A stretch of DNA of 64,000 nucleotides from Synechococcus sp. (GTDB lineage Bacteria; Cyanobacteriota; Cyanobacteriia; PCC-6307; Cyanobiaceae), in contig JBJBDL010000003.1 of assembly GCA_047285305.1 (NCBI GenBank), forward strand, positions 1,248,001 through 1,312,000, read 5' to 3'. The translations under genes and the position numbers were made by a program. The notes under the pieces are model-generated. The model saw only the letters and a list, made by a program, of their open reading frames with translations. It was not told where the DNA came from and searched no databases. This document shows positions 52,539 to 63,498 of this stretch, piece by piece (the first letter of the stretch is position 1; each line of letters begins with the position of its first letter).

Positions 52539-52809
52539 CGTCGCAATGCATCCCCACGATGTAGGTCATAAGGATTTCCGCATCCTGAAAACTCAGGTTT
52601 TCGCTGGCGGCGACCTGGTTGATGTGGGGCTTGGAGAATGGCGATCGGCCGTTGGCGTTCATTTGCCGGAACGAACGGCACATGGCCTTTGCTTTTTCAG
52701 GATTGCGTTTGACGCTGTTGAGCAAGTCCGAGTCAGCAGCAACCACGAGCAATGGTGAGCCCAGCAGAGCCAGAACGATTAGAGCTGTGCGTAGGAGTTT
52801 CAAGCCCAT
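52528..52809 (-). CDS. Secreted conserved hypothetical protein
   Basis: Signal peptide; DAEIL.TY.VGMHC.DVR. Confidence 0.7.
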   Translation of the reverse strand: MGLKLLRTALIVLALLGSPLLVVAADSDLLNSVKRNPEKAKAMCRSFRQMNANGRSPFSKPHINQVAASENLSFQDAEILMTYIVGMHCDDVR

Positions 52810-52855
52810 ATAAGGTTCATACGCAGGATTGGATGCCAAGTCAGGGTTGCTGGGG

Positions 52856-53257
52856 TCAGTTCGCCAGTTGCCTGGCGCGGCGGATCCAATCGCCGGCCAC
52901 CCGCAGATCCACAACGGCAGGCCTTTTGGTTCCAAGGCTGCGCTCCAGCCTTCCGGTCTGGCGCACAAGACGTTCGGGGGTGCATGCCGCCAGAGCGGCG
53001 GGCGTGGCGATGCCCGCATGCATCAGTAGCGCGGCGTCCTGGGGAGGCAAATCCAAGCGGCAGACCAAATCTGCCATGCCCCGAAGCCGCTTGAGGTTTC
53101 GGGCCGAAGCCTGGCCACTGCGGGCGAGTTGGCTCAGTTGCAGATCCGTTAGATCACGGATGCTGGACCAACGTTTAATACCAGCTTGATCCAGTTCCTG
53201 TTGTTCCCTGCGAAACGACTGGGGGAGCTCCTCGATCGCGTCGTTGAAATTCGGCAT
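52856..53257 (-). CDS. DUF4332 domain protein
   Basis: AALLMHAGI.T..ALA...WI..A. Confidence 0.75.
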   Translation of the reverse strand: MPNFNDAIEELPQSFRREQQELDQAGIKRWSSIRDLTDLQLSQLARSGQASARNLKRLRGMADLVCRLDLPPQDAALLMHAGIATPAALAACTPERLVRQTGRLERSLGTKRPAVVDLRVAGDWIRRARQLAN

Positions 53258-53694
53258 CAACGCAAGGTCTTGCTCATTTCGCCCAGGACGACGGGGCGTC
53301 CCAGCCCATCGCCCTCCGGCTGGATGCCCCGCAACCGCACCAGCACGGTGCCGCTGGAGCGACCTGAGCCGCGCAGGTTGCCCTCCAATTGCTCCAGGGT
53401 GGCTTGAACTGTGGTTGGGGCCAAGTCGGCAGGAACCTGGGCCACCACGAGGTCGTTGCCGTTGTCGAAGACGATTGGTGCCCGAACCGCACCCTCCACG
53501 ACCACAGGAGGTGTATAACTCACGCCGAATGCCCAGCAACTCACGGCCAGCAGCAGGGTGAAGCTGCTCACGCCGACCAGCCGAAAACGAATGCCCCACT
53601 TGGTTAGGAAGGCAACCGCTGTCAGCGCTCCGAGCCCAAGCCCAGACCAACCCAGCCAGGGAGCGGCAGTAAGCAGCAGCTGATCGAAGGCCAT
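53257..53694 (-). CDS. Ycf51/DUF2518 family protein
   Basis: WGIRFRLVGVSSF, VFDNG, NLRGSGR. Confidence 0.8.
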   Translation of the reverse strand: MAFDQLLLTAAPWLGWSGLGLGALTAVAFLTKWGIRFRLVGVSSFTLLLAVSCWAFGVSYTPPVVVEGAVRAPIVFDNGNDLVVAQVPADLAPTTVQATLEQLEGNLRGSGRSSGTVLVRLRGIQPEGDGLGRPVVLGEMSKTLR

Positions 53695-53760
53695 GGGGTC
53701 TGGTGGACTGAAAACAGTCTCCTTATATTGCGCGAGATTCCGGGGTGACCGCCGCGTCTG

Positions 53761-56700
53761 ATGCAGAAAACGCGGCGCAGGACCTGGTTGGTTGCGGGAG
53801 GTGTCGTTCTGGCCGGGGCAGGAGCTGCAGGCTTCATCGCCCTGGATCGTGCTGCGGAACGCGTCTTGAGCAGCATGCGCCCCAGTTTGGAGCGCTCGCT
53901 GTCGGGTCCTCTGGGCCACGACGTGGATCTTGGTCCCTACGAGGGACTTCGCCCCTTAGGCCTAGGGATCGCCATCGGGCCGAGTCGGATCTTGCCGTCG
54001 GCGGCGGATCGTTCTGAGCTCAGCCTGGCGGGGCTGGAGGTGAGCCTTGCTCCCATAGCGAGTCTTCGGCGTCTGCAACCGGTTCTGCAGATCACAGTGC
54101 ACAAGCTGCGCGGTCAGTTGCAGGCCAATGAGGCTGGTCGTTACTGGACCTTTGGGCCACTGAGCGGCGACGGCGCCCTGCCGCGACTTGGCGTGCAGTA
54201 CCGGTTGGCCGATCCTGCACTGCTCCGTTTCGGTCCTCAGCAGCAGACCCTTGAACTCCGCAGTCGGGGGGCAGTTCGTCTCGGGGAGGCTTTTTTCAGC
54301 ACCGCATCGGAACTTCGCTGGCTCGACGCTGAAGGGGTGCTGCGGCTCGATGGACAAGGGCATTGGGATCGCCCTCGCTTCAGGCTTCGAACGCGGCTGG
54401 ATCGGCTCAACCTGAAACCTTTTGGGGCCGTCATTGCCCCTGCTCAGGATCTGGATGCCTCTGGGACGTTGGAGGGAGATGTTCAGATCGGCTGGGCCGA
54501 TGGGTCGCTGAACTGCCGAGGTGGGCTCAGTCTCAAGCGTCTCGAACTTGCTGCGCTGAACAGCAATCGCCTCAGCTTCGCTTGCAAGGGCGATCAACTC
54601 AAGTTGCAGCCCGCAACACTGCGTTTCGGAGCCTTTGAGGCTCGGGCCTCAGGGTCTGTTGCCTTGAACAAGAGCTTTGATCTCCTGGCTGACGTTCGCC
54701 GCACAGACCTCAGCTCTGCAAGCCAGGACCGGTTGAAGCTCAGGATCCAGGGGCCCTGGGCTGAGCCCCGGTGGAGTGCCGATGGTGAGATCCAGCTGGC
54801 TGAGTCCACAGGGCTCAACACAGCCCTGACGCTGGACTCTCAGTGGCGCATCCCCTGGCTGCAAGACCAGCAACCGTCTGTTGCCGTGGACAGACTCCGC
54901 CTCAGTGCCCCGGGACTGCGCTTCGGGCTGGCCGGGACGATTGGATCCCAACTGGATCTGCGCAGCACGGAGCTGCACATCGATCCCCGCTTCTGGTCTG
55001 CGCTGCCGACCCTGCAGGCCGGACTGGGCCAAACCGCTCCGATACTTGGAACCGTCGACGTCAGTGGTGCGTTGGCGTCACCGGAGCTGAGCCTGAAGCT
55101 TGGCCAGGCGTCCAACCCTTTGCTGGACGAATGGTCGTTTCAGACCCGATGGTCCTCGGAGGATTCCGCCCTGGTGCTGGATCACTTCACCAGTCCGCTG
55201 TTGCGGGCGGAAGCGCGCCTTCCTTTGCAACTGGCGAAGGGGCGGTTGGAAACCGGTGAACTTCAGAGCGGCTTTGAACTTCAACCTTTCAGCCTGAGCC
55301 GTTTCACCCCCTTGATCGGTTCGGCGCTGGGCGGGCAGGTGGCGGCGCGGGGTCGCGTTGATGGTCCCCTGTCGGGGCTTCAGCCCGATATCAGCCTGAT
55401 GCTGAATCAACCCCGCGTTGGTGCCTTGCAGGTTCCCGAACGCTGGCAAGGCAGCCTCAATGGTGAACTGGGCCGTGGTGCTCGTCTGGCGATGGTGGCT
55501 CAGCAGCCTGCCGTGCCAGGCACGCTTGTGGCTGAACTCGATGCCGATGCTTGGCCCAAGACCGTGCTCTTGCGCCGGGGTGAGGGGCAGTTGCGCTTGC
55601 ACGAGCTGGTTTCGGCTGGAGAGCAACGCCGTTACCGCTGGCGTGCAGCGGACCTCAACATCGATGGACTTCGTTTCATCTTTCCGCCGGTCAACCAGCC
55701 CAAAGCGGTGGCAGGTCAGCTCTCGGGTGCAGGGAGGCTTGCCATGGGTTCCCTCGCGATCCGTGGGTCTGCCGCCATTACGGAAGCCTCGATGGCGGGG
55801 GTTGCCGTCCAGAGCCTCGAGTTGGAGGGTTCCCTCGGGGATGGGCGTTTTCAGGCCAATGCAGCACTGACGCCCTTGCAGGGCAGCATTCGGCTGAAGG
55901 CCCGTGGCGACCTGGGTGGCCGGATGCACAGCGGCATCCAGGCCGAAGGCCTGGATGTGACATGGCTGACGCTTCTGGCTCGTCAGTTGAGAGGGAGCGC
56001 CCCTTACCCGGGCCTTGCCCCCGGCCGTGCCGAGGATCTCGGAACCCTTTTGATCAATTCCTTTGGTGGATCGCTCGATGGTCAGTTGCGAGCTTTGGCC
56101 GAATCGCGCCGGGCGCTCGAGGCCTATGCCCTGGCCCACCCCCGCAAGGGCCCAGAGCTGGAGCGTCTAGAAGGAAGGGTCAATCTGTCGGGAACGATCG
56201 ATGGTCCTGGTCCAAAGCTCCTGAAGGCCAATCTGATCGCCAAGGCACATCTTTGGATTGAGGGGGATGACCAGGCCAAGGCATTACAGCTTGAGCCGAT
56301 GGTTGCCACGCTTCGCGGCCCGCTGCTCGGTGGATCCGGTGACCTCTCCTTGCTGCAGGTTCCGCTCTCTTTGCTGGCGTTGTTGGCTCCTGTGCCGCCG
56401 CAGCTCCGCGGCAGTGTTGGCCTCCGCGGCCGCTATGACCTAAGCGGAGCGGCTCCACTGTTGGTTGCCGATCTAGTGCTCGACTCCGCCAGCCTGGCGG
56501 GCCAGCCCCTGCAGTTAAAGCAGCGATCGGTTGTCGTTGAGCGTGAGTTGATCCGCCTGAACCTGGCCTTGAAAGGAGGCGAGAGCGAGGAAGCCGTCTC
56601 CGTGTCCGGCACGGTGCCCTTCAACCCCGATTCGAATTTGAATCTGAGGCTGGAAAGCCATGGGGATGCCCTTGGAGTGTTGACGCTTCTCGCCGGGGAT

Positions 56701-58209
56701 TCCTTGAGCGTGAAGTGGGGGAGCACCAATCTGCGGCTGTTGCTGCGCGGGCCGTTGAACCAACCCCAAGCCAATGGCTTTTTGGTGGTCAGTGATGGAG
56801 ATCTCAGCATCGGTGAACAGGAGCTGAGTCATATCAACGCCTCGATCCTGTTCGATTTCGATCGCGTCTTGGTGCAACGTCTGGAGGCCGAAGTGGGCCG
56901 TGGCGGCTCGCTGCGCGGTTCAGGAACACTTGGCTTGTTCACCCCCCACAGCGGGGCTTCACCGCTCATCCTGCAACTCAGCCAAGGTCAGATTCGTCAT
57001 CCGATCGTGCAGTTCCAGGCTGATGGCGAACTGCAGGTCGCCGGTGCTCTCGTCCAACCTGTCCTCTCCGGAGACCTGACCCTGTCGAGAGGCACATATC
57101 GGCCTCAATCTGGTTCATTCGGAAGTGCTCGGAGAAGGCAACCTCAAGGATTGGTCCCCGGCGTTGATAAGGGTCCCTCCGCTGCGGTGCAGTCAGATAC
57201 TCAATCGTTCAAAACCCTTCTTGAGGAGGAGTGGGATTTCAAGGAACCTCTGGTCCTGATGGGACCCAACACACCCATCCAGGAGCCAGATCAGCCGCAA
57301 CGGTTCATGCCAACGCTGCCCGCCATCCGCTTTGAGAACCTTCGGCTAGCCCTCGGGCCGGACACCAGGGTGCTGATGCCCACAATCAGTTTCAAAGGGG
57401 GTGGAGTGGTGACGTTGAATGGCCCCCTGGACCCTTCTCTGCAGGCAAGAGGAGTGATCCGGCTCAATTCCGGCAGCGTCTGGATTCCCCCTCTCGCGCC
57501 CCTCCGTTTGGATCCGCAGGAGGAGAACGTTGCGGTGTTCGCGCCCTCCTTGGGGCTTGTCCCCTTTGTAGATATTGCTATGCAAGCCAGGGTCTCTGAC
57601 ACCGTCAGCGCGGGCAACAGCGATCAGCTCACTAGCACCAACCTCTTTGCTTCAAATGGCACTGGCAGCACCTTTGCCGGGGTTGGTCAGCTCCGGCTGG
57701 TGAAAGTCATGGTCCAGGCCACAGGCCCGGCCAACCGTTTGGGTGACAGCAACAATCTTGTTTTACGCAGCTCACCACCGATGAGCGAGCAGCGACTACT
57801 GGGTTTGATCGGTGGCAATTCCCTGGCTTCTCTAGGCAGTACTGGTGGTGCCGCGTTGGCCACGATGCTGAGCCAGTCGCTGCTCTCCCCTGTCCTTGGC
57901 ACCTTGACCGATCCCTTGGGACAACGGCTGCAGGTGGCGATTTTTCCGACGTATGTCAATCCTGAGGTGAAATCAGAGGAGCGCACCTCCGGCAACGTTT
58001 CCCCGACACTGACATTGGTGACTGAGTTTGGCGTGGCATTGACCGACAAACTCAGCCTCTCTTTATTGATGGCACCGAACACAACCGATGTTGATGTTCC
58101 TCCACAAGGAACTGTCTCCTATCGGCTAACACCAACGACTTCTGTGTCTTCGTCGATGGATGCCAATGGCACCTGGCAGAGCCAGTTGCAGGTGTTCTTC
58201 CGGTTCTGA
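53761..58209 (+). CDS. tamB: TamB/DUF490 translocation-assembly module protein
   Basis: 1482 aa, N-terminal anchor, beta-rich repeats, C-terminus FFRF. Confidence 0.8.
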   Translation: MQKTRRRTWLVAGGVVLAGAGAAGFIALDRAAERVLSSMRPSLERSLSGPLGHDVDLGPYEGLRPLGLGIAIGPSRILPSAADRSELSLAGLEVSLAPIASLRRLQPVLQITVHKLRGQLQANEAGRYWTFGPLSGDGALPRLGVQYRLADPALLRFGPQQQTLELRSRGAVRLGEAFFSTASELRWLDAEGVLRLDGQGHWDRPRFRLRTRLDRLNLKPFGAVIAPAQDLDASGTLEGDVQIGWADGSLNCRGGLSLKRLELAALNSNRLSFACKGDQLKLQPATLRFGAFEARASGSVALNKSFDLLADVRRTDLSSASQDRLKLRIQGPWAEPRWSADGEIQLAESTGLNTALTLDSQWRIPWLQDQQPSVAVDRLRLSAPGLRFGLAGTIGSQLDLRSTELHIDPRFWSALPTLQAGLGQTAPILGTVDVSGALASPELSLKLGQASNPLLDEWSFQTRWSSEDSALVLDHFTSPLLRAEARLPLQLAKGRLETGELQSGFELQPFSLSRFTPLIGSALGGQVAARGRVDGPLSGLQPDISLMLNQPRVGALQVPERWQGSLNGELGRGARLAMVAQQPAVPGTLVAELDADAWPKTVLLRRGEGQLRLHELVSAGEQRRYRWRAADLNIDGLRFIFPPVNQPKAVAGQLSGAGRLAMGSLAIRGSAAITEASMAGVAVQSLELEGSLGDGRFQANAALTPLQGSIRLKARGDLGGRMHSGIQAEGLDVTWLTLLARQLRGSAPYPGLAPGRAEDLGTLLINSFGGSLDGQLRALAESRRALEAYALAHPRKGPELERLEGRVNLSGTIDGPGPKLLKANLIAKAHLWIEGDDQAKALQLEPMVATLRGPLLGGSGDLSLLQVPLSLLALLAPVPPQLRGSVGLRGRYDLSGAAPLLVADLVLDSASLAGQPLQLKQRSVVVERELIRLNLALKGGESEEAVSVSGTVPFNPDSNLNLRLESHGDALGVLTLLAGDSLSVKWGSTNLRLLLRGPLNQPQANGFLVVSDGDLSIGEQELSHINASILFDFDRVLVQRLEAEVGRGGSLRGSGTLGLFTPHSGASPLILQLSQGQIRHPIVQFQADGELQVAGALVQPVLSGDLTLSRGTYRPQSGSFGSARRRQPQGLVPGVDKGPSAAVQSDTQSFKTLLEEEWDFKEPLVLMGPNTPIQEPDQPQRFMPTLPAIRFENLRLALGPDTRVLMPTISFKGGGVVTLNGPLDPSLQARGVIRLNSGSVWIPPLAPLRLDPQEENVAVFAPSLGLVPFVDIAMQARVSDTVSAGNSDQLTSTNLFASNGTGSTFAGVGQLRLVKVMVQATGPANRLGDSNNLVLRSSPPMSEQRLLGLIGGNSLASLGSTGGAALATMLSQSLLSPVLGTLTDPLGQRLQVAIFPTYVNPEVKSEERTSGNVSPTLTLVTEFGVALTDKLSLSLLMAPNTTDVDVPPQGTVSYRLTPTTSVSSSMDANGTWQSQLQVFFRF

Positions 58210-58212
58210 GCC

Positions 58213-59121
58213 ATGCCTACCGCGCAGGTGATTGGAGTGGATCTCGGGGGCACGGCGATCAAGCTGGCTCGGATTCGTGCTGATGGAACGGTGCTGGCGG
58301 AGGCGCAATGGCCCACACCCCAGCCAGCCGTACCTGGCGCCGTGACGATGGCCCTGTGTGAAGCCATTGAACAGATTGATCCTGAGCATGCGGCTGAGGC
58401 GGTCGGCATCGGCCTCCCCGGTCCAATGGATGCGGCGGCTCGGGTGGCCCGGGTTTGCATCAACCTGCCCGGTTGGGAGGACGTGCCGCTGGCAGATTGG
58501 CTGGAGTCCAGGCTCAACCGCCGGGTTACCCTCGCCAATGACGGCAACTGTGCGGTGGTTGGTGAGGCCTGGCTCGGCGCAGCCCGTGGTGTTGATGATG
58601 TGGTGCTGCTGACCCTCGGAACCGGGGTTGGAGGGGGGGTGCTTCTAAGGGGTGAGCTATTTACTGGCCATAACGGCGCTGCAGCGGAACCCGGTCTGAT
58701 AGGGGTTCAGCCCGACGGTCCGGCCTGTAACAGCGGTAACCGTGGCTCCCTGGAGCAGTTCGCCAGCATCACCGGCCTGCGGCGGTTGTGTGATCGCGAT
58801 CCCCGCGAGCTCAGTGCAGAGGCCGATGGTGGTGATCCGGAGGCCCTGGGAGTTTGGAGCCGTTACGGCCAGCACTTGGGCTGTGGCATTGCTTCGCTGG
58901 TGTATGTGTTCACGCCGCAGTTGGTGTTGCTGGGTGGCGGTCTGGCGGGTGCCGCCCGCCACTTTTTGCCAGCGGTGCGCCGCGAGGTTGAGTCGCGGGT
59001 TCAGGCCGTCTCAAGGGAGGGATTGCGGATCGAAGCCTCCTGCCTGGGGAACGGCGCTGGACGCCTGGGGGCTGCGCGGCTCGCTCTACAGCGGCTGAAC
59101 GGGATGATGGCTCAAGATTGA
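58213..59121 (+). CDS. ROK family sugar kinase
   Basis: [23 protein letters not shown]. Confidence 0.9.
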   Translation: MPTAQVIGVDLGGTAIKLARIRADGTVLAEAQWPTPQPAVPGAVTMALCEAIEQIDPEHAAEAVGIGLPGPMDAAARVARVCINLPGWEDVPLADWLESRLNRRVTLANDGNCAVVGEAWLGAARGVDDVVLLTLGTGVGGGVLLRGELFTGHNGAAAEPGLIGVQPDGPACNSGNRGSLEQFASITGLRRLCDRDPRELSAEADGGDPEALGVWSRYGQHLGCGIASLVYVFTPQLVLLGGGLAGAARHFLPAVRREVESRVQAVSREGLRIEASCLGNGAGRLGAARLALQRLNGMMAQD

Positions 59122-59129
59122 TCACCTTG

Positions 59130-60437
59130 ATGTCCAGCGTTCCAGAGCCTTCTACTGCGTTGCTGCAGCGTGCCGCGGCTGTCCGCCGTGCTGCTGTTGA
59201 TCTGGGGCAGACCGATGACGATCAAAGAGCCCAGGCGCTTCAGGCGATGGCGGACGCGCTGACCGACCGTGCGGAAAGCATCCTCGCGGCCAACCGTGAA
59301 GACCTTCAACGCTCTGCAGCCGAGGGGTTGGCGCCGGCTCTGATGGCGCGGCTGAAGCTGGATAACACCAAGTTGGCGGCGGCCATTGATGGCGTCCGCA
59401 AGGTGGCCAGCCTGAGTGACCCGCTGGGTTGTCGTCAGTTGCATCGGGAGCTGGATCAGGGCCTGGTGCTGGAACGGGTCTCCGTTCCGCTTGGGGTGGT
59501 GGGTGTGATCTTTGAAGCCAGGCCGGATGCGGTGATGCAGATCGCCTCGCTGGCGATCCGTTCGGGCAACGGTGCTCTGTTGAAAGGGGGCAGTGAGGCT
59601 CGCTGCACCAATGAGGCTGTGATGGATGCCCTGCAGGCAGGCCTGGCTGCCAGTCCGGTGTCTGCCGATGCCCTGGCTCTGCTCACCACCCGTCAAGAAA
59701 GCCTGGCCTTGTTGCGTCTCGATGGCCTCGTGGACCTGATCATTCCCAGGGGAAGCAACGAACTTGTGCGCTTCATCCAGGACAACACCCGCATCCCGGT
59801 GCTGGGCCATGCCGATGGGGTGTGCCACCTCTACGTGGATGCTGCGGCCGACGTCGACAAAGCCGTTCGGGTGGCGGTGGACAGCAAGAGCCAGTACCCC
59901 GCCGCCTGCAACGCCATTGAGACCTTGTTGGTGCACCGCTCGATTGCGCAGCCTTTTTTCGCCGCTGCGCTGCCGGCCTTCGCTGCCGCCGGGGTGCAGC
60001 TGCGTGGCGATGCCGAGAGCGTGGCCCTTGGCGTGGCGGAAGCGGCTACGGAGGAGGACTGGAGCATGGAGTATCTGGATCTGATCTTGGCGGTGAAGCT
60101 GGTGGACGATCTCGAGGCAGCCACCGATCACATTCGCTCTTATGGCTCGCGTCACACCGAAGTGATCCTGACGGAGGATGCCCAGGCTGCTGATCGTTTC
60201 CTCGCGGTGGTAGATAGCGCAGGGGTGTATCAGAACTGCTCCAGCCGCTTCGCCGATGGGTTCCGTTATGGATTCGGCGCTGAGGTGGGCATCAGCACCC
60301 AGACCCTGCCGCCCCGCGGACCCGTTGGTCTGGAAGGGTTGGTGACTTACCGCTATCGAATGCGCGGCGAGGGCCACATCGCTGCCGACTACGCCGACGG
60401 CAGCCGCGTCTTTACCCACGTCGATCGGCCGCTCTGA
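59130..60437 (+). CDS. proA: Gamma-glutamyl phosphate reductase
   Basis: [39 protein letters not shown]. Confidence 0.95.
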   Translation: MSSVPEPSTALLQRAAAVRRAAVDLGQTDDDQRAQALQAMADALTDRAESILAANREDLQRSAAEGLAPALMARLKLDNTKLAAAIDGVRKVASLSDPLGCRQLHRELDQGLVLERVSVPLGVVGVIFEARPDAVMQIASLAIRSGNGALLKGGSEARCTNEAVMDALQAGLAASPVSADALALLTTRQESLALLRLDGLVDLIIPRGSNELVRFIQDNTRIPVLGHADGVCHLYVDAAADVDKAVRVAVDSKSQYPAACNAIETLLVHRSIAQPFFAAALPAFAAAGVQLRGDAESVALGVAEAATEEDWSMEYLDLILAVKLVDDLEAATDHIRSYGSRHTEVILTEDAQAADRFLAVVDSAGVYQNCSSRFADGFRYGFGAEVGISTQTLPPRGPVGLEGLVTYRYRMRGEGHIAADYADGSRVFTHVDRPL

Positions 60438-60808
60438 TGGATTGCATCGGTGTGAGGGACCTGCGGTTGTGGGCCCATGTCGGGGTGTTGGAACACGAAC
60501 GTCGGGATGGCCAATGGTTCAGCCTTGATTTCAGTGTTCAGCTTGATCTGAAATCTGCTGCCGTAGCCGACGACCTGAGCCGGAGCCTGGACTACGGCGT
60601 GGCAATTCAGGCACTGCAAAGCTTGTCCCAGCAGGTTCGTTGCCTCACGATCGAGCACTTCAGCGAGCAGATGCTGGATCGGCTGGAAACGCTGTACGGG
60701 CCCATTCCGGTCTGGCTGCGATTGGCCAAATGTGCTGCACCGGTTCCAGGATTTAACGGCCGCGTGTTCGTGGAACGCTCCCGCCATGGCGGCAGATCAG
60801 CCCTGTGA
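60437..60808 (+). CDS. folB: Dihydroneopterin aldolase
   Basis: HVGVLEHERRDGQWF, LDY, TIE. Confidence 0.88.
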   Translation: MDCIGVRDLRLWAHVGVLEHERRDGQWFSLDFSVQLDLKSAAVADDLSRSLDYGVAIQALQSLSQQVRCLTIEHFSEQMLDRLETLYGPIPVWLRLAKCAAPVPGFNGRVFVERSRHGGRSAL

Positions 60809-61392
60809 GCATCCCGTTGGTGCTGGTCCATGGTCTCTGGGACACGCCTCGCCTGTTTCATCGATTGATTCAGGGGTTGGACCAGCCCGATCGCCAGCTG
60901 TTGGCGCCGCATCTGCCCCATGGTCTGGGTTGGATTCCCCTGCGGCAGCTGGCCTCTCGCCTGGATCAGCACATTCAGCAGCGCTTTGGTGCCGACACCA
61001 AGGTCGATCTTCTGGGTTTTTCGATGGGGGGCGTAATCGGCAGGATCTGGCTGCAGGAACTGGGGGGGGTGCAGCGCACCCGGCGCTTCTTCAGCGTGGG
61101 CAGCCCGCAGCAGGGCACCCTGGCTGCTCAGATGATTCCCCGCCCGCTCCTGGCCGGTGCGGCAGATATGAAAGTGGGAAGTCGCCTGCTGCGCGAGCTG
61201 AATCTCCAACCCGATGCCCTTGCTGGGGTCGAGTGCTCAAGTTTCTTTTGCCGCTGGGATCTGATGGTCTGCCCCGGCTGGAGGGCCGTTCTGCCCTTGG
61301 GCCGGTGTGAGGAAATCCCGGTCTGGACCCATCAGCAACTGATCAGCCACCCCGCCGCAATTCGACGGCTCTGCAGCTGCTTGCGCGCCTGA
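60805..61392 (+). CDS. Alpha/beta hydrolase (lipase/esterase)
   Basis: LVHGL, GFSMGG. Confidence 0.87.
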   Translation: MSIPLVLVHGLWDTPRLFHRLIQGLDQPDRQLLAPHLPHGLGWIPLRQLASRLDQHIQQRFGADTKVDLLGFSMGGVIGRIWLQELGGVQRTRRFFSVGSPQQGTLAAQMIPRPLLAGAADMKVGSRLLRELNLQPDALAGVECSSFFCRWDLMVCPGWRAVLPLGRCEEIPVWTHQQLISHPAAIRRLCSCLRA

Positions 61393-61394
61393 GC

Positions 61395-63497
61395 TCAGGC
61401 CGCGGCCACCAGGCCGGAATGGCGAATCAGGGCTTCGGTGCTGGCAGGACGGCCTCGGAAGGCTTCAAACACCTCTGCTGGGGAGCGGCTGCCACCGAGG
61501 CTGAGCACAGTGTCTCGGAATCGGGCTCCCGTTGCACGAACCTGATCCTCCTGATCCAGACCCACCTCTTCAAAAGCGGAGAAGGCATCTGCGCTGAGCA
61601 CCTCAGCCCACTTGTAGGAGTAGTACCCAGCGGAGTAGCCCCCCGCGAAGATGTGGCCGAAGGCGCAGAGGAACTGATCCTCCGGGATGGGATCCATCAC
61701 CGTGGTGGTGGCGGCGATCTCACGGCGCAGTCCGTCTGGGCTGAGACCAAGTTCCGGGGTCCACTGGCTGTGGAGACGAAGGTCACTCAGGGCAAAGTGA
61801 ACCTGCCGCAGGGTGGCGAGGCCTGCATTGAAGGTGCGGCTGCTGCGCAGCTTGTTGAATTCCGACTCAGGCAGGGGTTCACCGGTTTGCCAGTGGCACG
61901 CCATGCCCATCAAGGTGGCGTGATCAAGGCACCAGTTCTCCATGAACTGGCTAGGGAGTTCCACTGCATCCCATTCCACGTTGCTGATGCCGGCGGCTTC
62001 CGGTTCCTCAACGGTGGTGAGCATGTGCTGGAGCCCATGGCCGAATTCATGGAAGAGGGTCTCCACTTCCTCGAAGCTCATCAGGCTGGGCGTGTCGCCC
62101 ACAGGTGGGGTCTGGTTGCAGACCAGGTAGGCCACCGGCAGCACCACAGAGCCATCGGGTTTCTTGCTCAGGCCTAGGCATTCATCCATCCAGGCTCCAC
62201 CGCGTTTGCTGGCGGGCCTGCTGTAGGGGTCAAGGTAGAAGCCGGCAATCGGTGTGCCATCGGACCGCTTCACCCGGAAGAAGCGCACGTCGTCGTTCCA
62301 AGTCGGTGCCTCGCCGTCGGCGGCAACGATCTCGACGTCGAACAGACGAGTACAAAGGGTGAACAGGCCTTCGAGCACCTGAGGCAGCGGGAACCAAGGA
62401 CGCAGCGCTTCTTGGTCCAGATCGAACCGGGATTGGCGCAACTTCTCCGACCAGTAGGCGATGTCCCAGGGAGCCAGCTCATCGGCTTCGGGGGCCCTGT
62501 GCTCCCTGGCGATGGCTTGGAGATCTCGCAGCTCTTGTTCAGCTGCTGGGTATGCCGCAGCGCGCAGTTCTTCCAGCAGTGCTTCCACCGCCGGAACATC
62601 GTCGGCCATCTTGGCGCTGAGGCTGAGGTCAGCCCAATGGTCATAGCCCAGCCGAGACGCTTGCTCGCGCCTCAGGGTCAGGATCTCCTCGATCAGTGCC
62701 TGGTTGTTGAGTTCGCCTTCACTGGCCCGACCCACATGGGCGCGATAGGCCTTTTCCCGCAGGGATCGGTTGTTGGCGTGGGTGAGGAAGGGCAGGTAGC
62801 GGGGCATGTCCAGTCCCAGCAACCACGGGCCGCACTCCGCAGACGCATCAGCATCCCCTGCTTCACGCGCTGCGGCGGCTAGTGCCTCCAAGGCCCGTTG
62901 CGGCAGGCCTTCCACCTCGTGGGGCTGGCTCAGCTTCAAGGTCCACTGCTGCGTGGCATCGAGCACGTGGTTGCCGAACTGGGTGGAGAGAGCGGCCAGG
63001 CGTTCACTGGTGCTGTTGAAGGCTGCTTTTTCATCCCCACTGAGGCCAACACCGCGTTGCTGCATCGAGAGCAGTTCTGATTTCAGAATCCGCTTCTGGG
63101 TTGGGGTGAGCGGTTCGGAGGGATCGCTTTGGAGGGCCATCAAGGCCCGATGAAGAATCTGGCTTTGGCCAAGGCGGTTGCTGAGGCGCACAACATCGGG
63201 TTGCTGGGCGGCATGGGCATCGCGCAGCTCAGCGGAATTGCAGACGCCATTGAGGTGTGACACCACACCCCAGCTCCAACGCAGCCGTTCGCCGATGGCC
63301 TGCAGCGGTTGCATCACCCGATCCCAGGACAGCTTCGAGGATCCTGTGAGGGCTGACTCAAGAGCCTGCTCGAGCGCAGTGAAGTCCTGATCCAGCTGTG
63401 CGAGCAAAAACGGGATGTCTGTGCTGATGAGCTCAGGGGAAATGGCCCGGAACTCGGGAAGCCCTTGGCCGCGCAGGAGGGGGGAAATAGTCGACAT
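61395..63497 (-). CDS. prlC: Oligopeptidase A (M3 family)
   Basis: HEFGH, WDAVELPSQFME, AGYYSYKWAEVL. Confidence 0.93.
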   Translation of the reverse strand: MSTISPLLRGQGLPEFRAISPELISTDIPFLLAQLDQDFTALEQALESALTGSSKLSWDRVMQPLQAIGERLRWSWGVVSHLNGVCNSAELRDAHAAQQPDVVRLSNRLGQSQILHRALMALQSDPSEPLTPTQKRILKSELLSMQQRGVGLSGDEKAAFNSTSERLAALSTQFGNHVLDATQQWTLKLSQPHEVEGLPQRALEALAAAAREAGDADASAECGPWLLGLDMPRYLPFLTHANNRSLREKAYRAHVGRASEGELNNQALIEEILTLRREQASRLGYDHWADLSLSAKMADDVPAVEALLEELRAAAYPAAEQELRDLQAIAREHRAPEADELAPWDIAYWSEKLRQSRFDLDQEALRPWFPLPQVLEGLFTLCTRLFDVEIVAADGEAPTWNDDVRFFRVKRSDGTPIAGFYLDPYSRPASKRGGAWMDECLGLSKKPDGSVVLPVAYLVCNQTPPVGDTPSLMSFEEVETLFHEFGHGLQHMLTTVEEPEAAGISNVEWDAVELPSQFMENWCLDHATLMGMACHWQTGEPLPESEFNKLRSSRTFNAGLATLRQVHFALSDLRLHSQWTPELGLSPDGLRREIAATTTVMDPIPEDQFLCAFGHIFAGGYSAGYYSYKWAEVLSADAFSAFEEVGLDQEDQVRATGARFRDTVLSLGGSRSPAEVFEAFRGRPASTEALIRHSGLVAAA

Positions 63498-63498
63498 C